From NCBI GenBank assembly GCA_030611665.1, contig JAUWPI010000001.1, forward strand, positions 97 through 64,096: 64,000 nucleotides of DNA. Direction: 5' to 3'. Made by a program: the position numbers and the translations under genes. Under the pieces are notes generated by a model. It had not been told where the DNA came from, did not search any database, and saw nothing but the letters and a program-made list of their open reading frames with translations. Positions 59,486-64,000 of this stretch are shown piece by piece (position 1 is the first letter of the stretch; each line of letters starts with the position of its first letter). The stretch is from Candidatus Heimdallarchaeota archaeon (GTDB taxonomy: Archaea > Asgardarchaeota > Heimdallarchaeia > Heimdallarchaeales > Heimdallarchaeaceae).

Positions 59486-60574
59486 CTATCTCCAGTCAAA
59501 GTAGAAGGATTCAATATCTTCTGGAATGTCTATTTCTTCTAGTAGCATCATATCAAGATGAAGTGTTTTTGGAAAAAAGATGAATTTTGCCTTCTTAAGA
59601 GGTTTAGCATCAAAATAAGGTATATATGGTGTTTGAAGTGCTATCCATCCTCGTTTCTTAGCAGAAAAACTAGCAAAATTAGCAAGTTCTTTTGCTTCTT
59701 TCGTACTTAATCCATGTATGTGAACTATATCCAACCATCCACATGGAAAATGATGTCCAAAGCCTGCAAGGTTAAACTCCCATGCGAGGATAAAACCTTT
59801 CGCTACATCCTCTTGATCAGAATGAACTACGCAAAGAACTCCTGGTTGATCAAGTACCCACTCGAAATCCTCCTTCTTTGGTACAATAGAAAGCTGATTT
59901 CTTTGAACATGCTCCATTAGTAGTTCAAATAATCTGTCAGAATCCGATTTCTTGAAATTTCTGACGTTTTTGTTTTTAACCTTGGAAGTACCTTGAATGA
60001 ATTTGAATGCTTGCTTTTCATACCATTTTACTTTGACAACTTTGACTAATTTTTTTGCATCAAGGACTCTTATAACAAATTGTTTTATAGAAGTTACACG
60101 TTTGATAATAAGATTTTCTTTTTTTACTACTATTCTAGATATATCCTTCCCATACTGTTCAGGTTCAAAAATCGAAAAAGCACCAACATAGTTTGCTTCA
60201 AGGCAAACACTGTATATTTTTTCACCTAGAGCTGTTGCTAATCCTTTTCTTTGATGATGAGAATGTACACAAAGCCAAGAGGGAATGACAAATTTGTATT
60301 TTTTGTCAAAAACTTTTAATTCTCGGGGAATTGCTCCTAAGAATCCCACAATTTCATTACTTTCTTTATGTATTGCTCTCACAAAAAGGCTTCTGTCACC
60401 AGAGGGGGCACCGTACATCATTCTAAATGTATCTTCATTAAAGACTATTGAAGCTCCTTCCTCTTGAGCTGCACCATCTTCAAGAAAAGCAGAAGTTATT
60501 AATTTAGAAAACTCATCGAAATCTTTGTCTTCCAATGTGAACTGTTCGATTACATATTCTGATTCAAGTTTCAT
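59486..60574 (-). CDS. Tandem GNAT-fold acyltransferase-like protein (FemAB/NMT-like architecture), function unknown
   Basis: 362 aa with an acyl-CoA-binding-like HHQRKGLATAL in the first half; the second half is of similar size and secondary-structure pattern. Confidence 0.4.
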   Translation of the reverse strand: MKLESEYVIEQFTLEDKDFDEFSKLITSAFLEDGAAQEEGASIVFNEDTFRMMYGAPSGDRSLFVRAIHKESNEIVGFLGAIPRELKVFDKKYKFVIPSWLCVHSHHQRKGLATALGEKIYSVCLEANYVGAFSIFEPEQYGKDISRIVVKKENLIIKRVTSIKQFVIRVLDAKKLVKVVKVKWYEKQAFKFIQGTSKVKNKNVRNFKKSDSDRLFELLMEHVQRNQLSIVPKKEDFEWVLDQPGVLCVVHSDQEDVAKGFILAWEFNLAGFGHHFPCGWLDIVHIHGLSTKEAKELANFASFSAKKRGWIALQTPYIPYFDAKPLKKAKFIFFPKTLHLDMMLLEEIDIPEDIESFYFDWR

Positions 60575-60746
60575 TTTAACACCTGTTTCTAAGGAACCTT
60601 ATAGGTTTGAACAGAAAATTAGAGTTTCTGCTCCTATATAAGTTTTGCAACTTTTAAGGACAATATTAACTGTTGAATCAGGCTAAATTTTTCTTGAATA
60701 ATGTTTGAATTAAGAATGATTTTTAAAATAGTGACCGAAATATCAT

Positions 60747-61604
60747 ATGCACAGTAAACTTCAAAGAGATGAAAATATGATTTTCGATTTAATAATTCTA
60801 GCAGGTTATGGTGAAAGCGATGCTTTGCTTTGTGAGAATGAAGGAGTTACAAAAAAACCATTTTTGAAATTAGGGGACAAAACATTCATTGAACTTTTAG
60901 TTGAAAATTTACAACCACTTAAAGGATTAAGAGATATTTATCTCAGTGGTATGGCAGAGAAAGAATGGAAAACTGACCTTCCTGTAATTTTTGCTGAAGA
61001 CGAAGGAGACATTATTTCCAAGCTCAGAAGGCATCGAGTAACTTATTATTCTGACAAAGAAGAACCTGATTATGTTATCGTAATCTCAGGTGATACTCCT
61101 TTGGTTACAGCAGCAGCTGTTGAAAGATTTATTGAAAGATGTAAAGCAACTACTGGAGGGGAATTAACTGGGCTTTACTATATGAGTTTGATTGATCAAA
61201 AAGATATGGTTGCAAAGTTTCCAGAATCAAACAGAACTTATGCGAAATTTAAAGATGTTACATTTGCAAGTGGTGATACTCTGCTAGCAAAACCTTCAAT
61301 CATAGATAGTCATGGGGACATCCTAGATAGAATGGTGAATAACAGAAAATCAGTATTTAAATCCATAGCAGTTGTAAGTCCAATATTTGCTATTAAAACA
61401 GTTCTCGGGTTAGCCACTATCAATGACTTGAATAATGCAATAAATAAGAAGATATTCAAAACTCCAAATGCATGTCTCGGAGTAATGGTTGAAGATGCCG
61501 AACTAGGTATGGATGTAGATAAACCATCACAGCTTGAAGTAGTGAGAGACTATTATCAAAAACACATATCTAAATCAAAGAAGGAAAAACATAACATAAT
61601 TTAA
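60747..61604 (+). CDS. MobA-like nucleotidyltransferase family protein
   Basis: N-terminal LIILAGYGESDAL, resembling the NTP-transferase G-rich loop. Confidence 0.45.
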   Translation: MHSKLQRDENMIFDLIILAGYGESDALLCENEGVTKKPFLKLGDKTFIELLVENLQPLKGLRDIYLSGMAEKEWKTDLPVIFAEDEGDIISKLRRHRVTYYSDKEEPDYVIVISGDTPLVTAAAVERFIERCKATTGGELTGLYYMSLIDQKDMVAKFPESNRTYAKFKDVTFASGDTLLAKPSIIDSHGDILDRMVNNRKSVFKSIAVVSPIFAIKTVLGLATINDLNNAINKKIFKTPNACLGVMVEDAELGMDVDKPSQLEVVRDYYQKHISKSKKEKHNII

Positions 61605-61640
61605 ATAGAATATAGGTCTATGAGTTAGTTGTGTTAATAG

Positions 61641-63299
61641 ATGAGTAGTATTCGTTCTCTCTCCAAGTTTCAAGTAATTTTTATTGTTGTAATTTTATTC
61701 TCAACCCCTTCATTTTCTTTCATTGAGAATAGTATTTCCTTAGATACAGATGAATTAAATATTGAAATGTGTTCTATATCTCCATCTCAGCAAATAGTTG
61801 AAGACTCTTCACTGGTGAACTTAACAATTCTCCACATAAATGACATACATGGTTGGATAGAACCCCATGATGGATTTGGAGGAGCTGCAACCTATATGGG
61901 TTATTTCAATCAAGAAGGTTATACTTATGATAATGATACCTTCCTTTTATTGTCAGGAGGTGACCAAAATACTGGTCCAGCAGTCGCTACTCTAAGTAAA
62001 GGGGAAGCAGTTATTGATGTTATGAACACAATGAATTTCTCGGCTGCTTGTATTGGGAATCACGAATTTGATTTTGGTGTAGAATGGATTGAGAACCAAA
62101 AAGAAATGGCAAACTTTCCTATTTTATCCTGCAACATTTATGATAAAGGAACAACAGATTTGGCTAATTTCACAGTTCCTTATGTAGTTCAGAATCACGG
62201 AGGAATAAACGTAGGGATAATTGGTTTAACTACAACTACAACTTATACTTCAGCGCATCCAAAAATAACTCAAGATTTTGATTTTTGGAATTTTGAAACA
62301 TCAGTAAGAAAATTCTATGATGATGTACTAGCTGATGGTGCTGATGTTGTAATCGTGTTAGCACATGATTCTCCAAGTGTTTTATCTTCTTTAGCTTCCG
62401 CTGTAGATGACCTAAATATTGCACTATTCTTAGGAGGTCATAGTGGAACTCCTACAATCAGCTATATAGGAAATTCAATGGTAGCAATGGCAGGTCATTA
62501 TGCTACTCAATATGCAAAAATAATCTTATCCTATGATACTGTTTTGGAAAGTATAGTGCATAAAGAGGGAATTCTTGTAAATAATGTAGAAGGAGGAGTA
62601 ACCCCTGTATCAGAAGTACAACAAGTCGTAGATTATTGGGTTGATACTATTAATGCAACAGAAATAATTACCTATGCTTCAGATGATGTTTATGATAGCT
62701 ATCCTGAAAGTGAGATCGGTAATCTAATCGCTGATGGAATGATGCATAATTTTTCATGGGACTTTAACTTTGCCGTGACTAATAGAGGTGGGGGATTAAG
62801 AGATTATTTCAGAGAAGGTGATATTTCAATTGCAGATGTTGTTTCAGTTATTCCATTTGAAAATAATATACTCGAAATCACCGTTACAGGAACAGAACTT
62901 AATGATATTATTAGGTTTAATCATGAATATAATGTTTATAGCGGAATTATTTACAGTTATAGTTACAATCCTTCATTTCACCTTACATCAATTAAGGTTT
63001 ATGAGGCAGGATTATTTGTGGATATTGACATGTCAAAGACTTACACTGGGCTGATGACTGATTATACTTGGTGGGTTAATTATCAAGGACAGTTTTCTGC
63101 TTATGACACAGGAGTACATTATCGTGATGCTGTAATAGGTTATTTCAGAACTCTAGACGACATTTCTCTCTATACCTTAGATGGACGGATATTTGAATCT
63201 GATGAAGGACCTCTTGTTTCAGAATTTTCGAAGATAACAACATTCATGTTATCCGTAATCGTCTTAAGTTATTTCATAAAAAGAAATAAAAAGGATTGA
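61641..63299 (+). CDS. 5'-nucleotidase / metallophosphoesterase (UshA-like), membrane anchored
   Basis: Motifs ILHINDIHG and GNHEFD, a C-terminal nucleotidase domain, a signal-like N-terminus, and a C-terminal TM helix plus KRNKKD. Confidence 0.75.
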   Translation: MSSIRSLSKFQVIFIVVILFSTPSFSFIENSISLDTDELNIEMCSISPSQQIVEDSSLVNLTILHINDIHGWIEPHDGFGGAATYMGYFNQEGYTYDNDTFLLLSGGDQNTGPAVATLSKGEAVIDVMNTMNFSAACIGNHEFDFGVEWIENQKEMANFPILSCNIYDKGTTDLANFTVPYVVQNHGGINVGIIGLTTTTTYTSAHPKITQDFDFWNFETSVRKFYDDVLADGADVVIVLAHDSPSVLSSLASAVDDLNIALFLGGHSGTPTISYIGNSMVAMAGHYATQYAKIILSYDTVLESIVHKEGILVNNVEGGVTPVSEVQQVVDYWVDTINATEIITYASDDVYDSYPESEIGNLIADGMMHNFSWDFNFAVTNRGGGLRDYFREGDISIADVVSVIPFENNILEITVTGTELNDIIRFNHEYNVYSGIIYSYSYNPSFHLTSIKVYEAGLFVDIDMSKTYTGLMTDYTWWVNYQGQFSAYDTGVHYRDAVIGYFRTLDDISLYTLDGRIFESDEGPLVSEFSKITTFMLSVIVLSYFIKRNKKD

Positions 63300-63401
63300 C
63301 TTGCTAAATTCTAAGAAGATTAGATTCTTAGAAGGCATTTCCACTTTATATTCCATTTCTGTAAATTCACAAAAGATTTTAAGATACTAACGATAATTTC
63401 T

Positions 63402-64000
63402 ATGAATATAATGGAAACTCAATCTTCAGAAGTAAATTTACCTAAAGATTTGGAGAAACTGCTAAAAGGATATGATTGGGAAAAAGTTAATATTGGTTGG
63501 TCGAATTCAGAAATCTATAAATTAACAAGCAAAAATAAATCTTCCTTCTTCCTCAAAATAAACAAATATCCTAGAAGTTTGTTCTTTAACCATGAATTTG
63601 AAATGTTAAAATGGTTGAAAGATAAGATATCTGTCCCCGATGTCATCTATCACAACAAAAATTCTGATTATGAATTTCTGCTTCTCTCTGAAATTCCTGG
63701 AAAGGTTTCATATGAAGTATTTTCGAAATCTGATATCGAAACCAATCTTAAAATCTTAGCTAAGGGTTTACAAATTTTTCATGCTTTACCTATGGTTGGT
63801 TGTCCCAACAAGATTGATATTGATAAAATGATTTTACATGCTAAGGAAAGGCTAGAACAAGGTTTGATCAATAATGATAACTTCGATATCAGGTGGAAAC
63901 ATAAAACTCCTTATGAGCTATTTGAAGATGTTAAACGACTAATGCCAAAAAAAATTGATAAGGTTGTGACACATGGTGATTATTGCTTACCAAATGTGTT
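63402..64000 (+). CDS. Aminoglycoside phosphotransferase (APH)-family kinase, 3' partial at window edge
   Basis: APH-like N-lobe (GWSNSEIYKL) and the start of the catalytic loop VTHGDYCLPNV at the window end. Confidence 0.6.
   Translation, partial: MNIMETQSSEVNLPKDLEKLLKGYDWEKVNIGWSNSEIYKLTSKNKSSFFLKINKYPRSLFFNHEFEMLKWLKDKISVPDVIYHNKNSDYEFLLLSEIPGKVSYEVFSKSDIETNLKILAKGLQIFHALPMVGCPNKIDIDKMILHAKERLEQGLINNDNFDIRWKHKTPYELFEDVKRLMPKKIDKVVTHGDYCLPNV

Noticed and set aside
1-64000. Scan for CRISPR arrays, cas genes, integrases, transposases or IS terminal inverted repeats
   Set aside because: No regularly spaced direct repeats, no Cas-like or recombinase-like ORFs, and no recognisable IS ends were found. 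The only tandem repeat is the 9-bp coding repeat at 15243-15274.

Overview
This is an AT-rich (roughly 30-35% GC), densely coding stretch of an archaeal chromosome. Archaeal markers are an Orc1/Cdc6 initiator, AMP phosphorylase, an AlaX editing protein, an Lrp/AsnC regulator, a creatininase-fold ArfB-like enzyme, oligo-T terminators, and an intron-bearing tRNA. It also carries a RING/PHD-like cross-brace zinc finger, roadblock/LC7-like modules, an ICMT-like methyltransferase, many large secreted proteins with a C-terminal anchor, and many zinc-ribbon-tailed membrane proteins. Together these suggest an Asgard-type archaeon (Lokiarchaeia-like); that placement is inference only. Recognisable content is: a six-gene sulfur-trafficking operon (TusA, SQR-like flavoprotein, TusA, DsrE, DsrE, wHTH regulator); a purine-salvage set (adenine deaminase, AMP phosphorylase, membrane 5'-nucleotidase); UDP-GlcNAc 2-epimerase; peroxiredoxin; sirtuin; a nitrilase-family hydrolase, HAD phosphatase and orphan beta-class DNA methyltransferase; an ABC transporter, MFS, EamA and TauE/SafE transporters; an M14 carboxypeptidase; a plant-type asparaginase; and a wHTH/ParA-MinD/membrane-protein module abutting a tRNA-Pro(GGG). 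Large surface proteins include a vWA protein, an LVIVD beta-propeller and a parallel beta-helix. Two tandem paralogous membrane proteins with zinc-ribbon tails are present, one interrupted by a single in-frame TAG, plus a C-terminal remnant of an M20 peptidase. No CRISPR array, integrase or transposase was seen. All calls rest on motif recognition by eye; no database search was possible.
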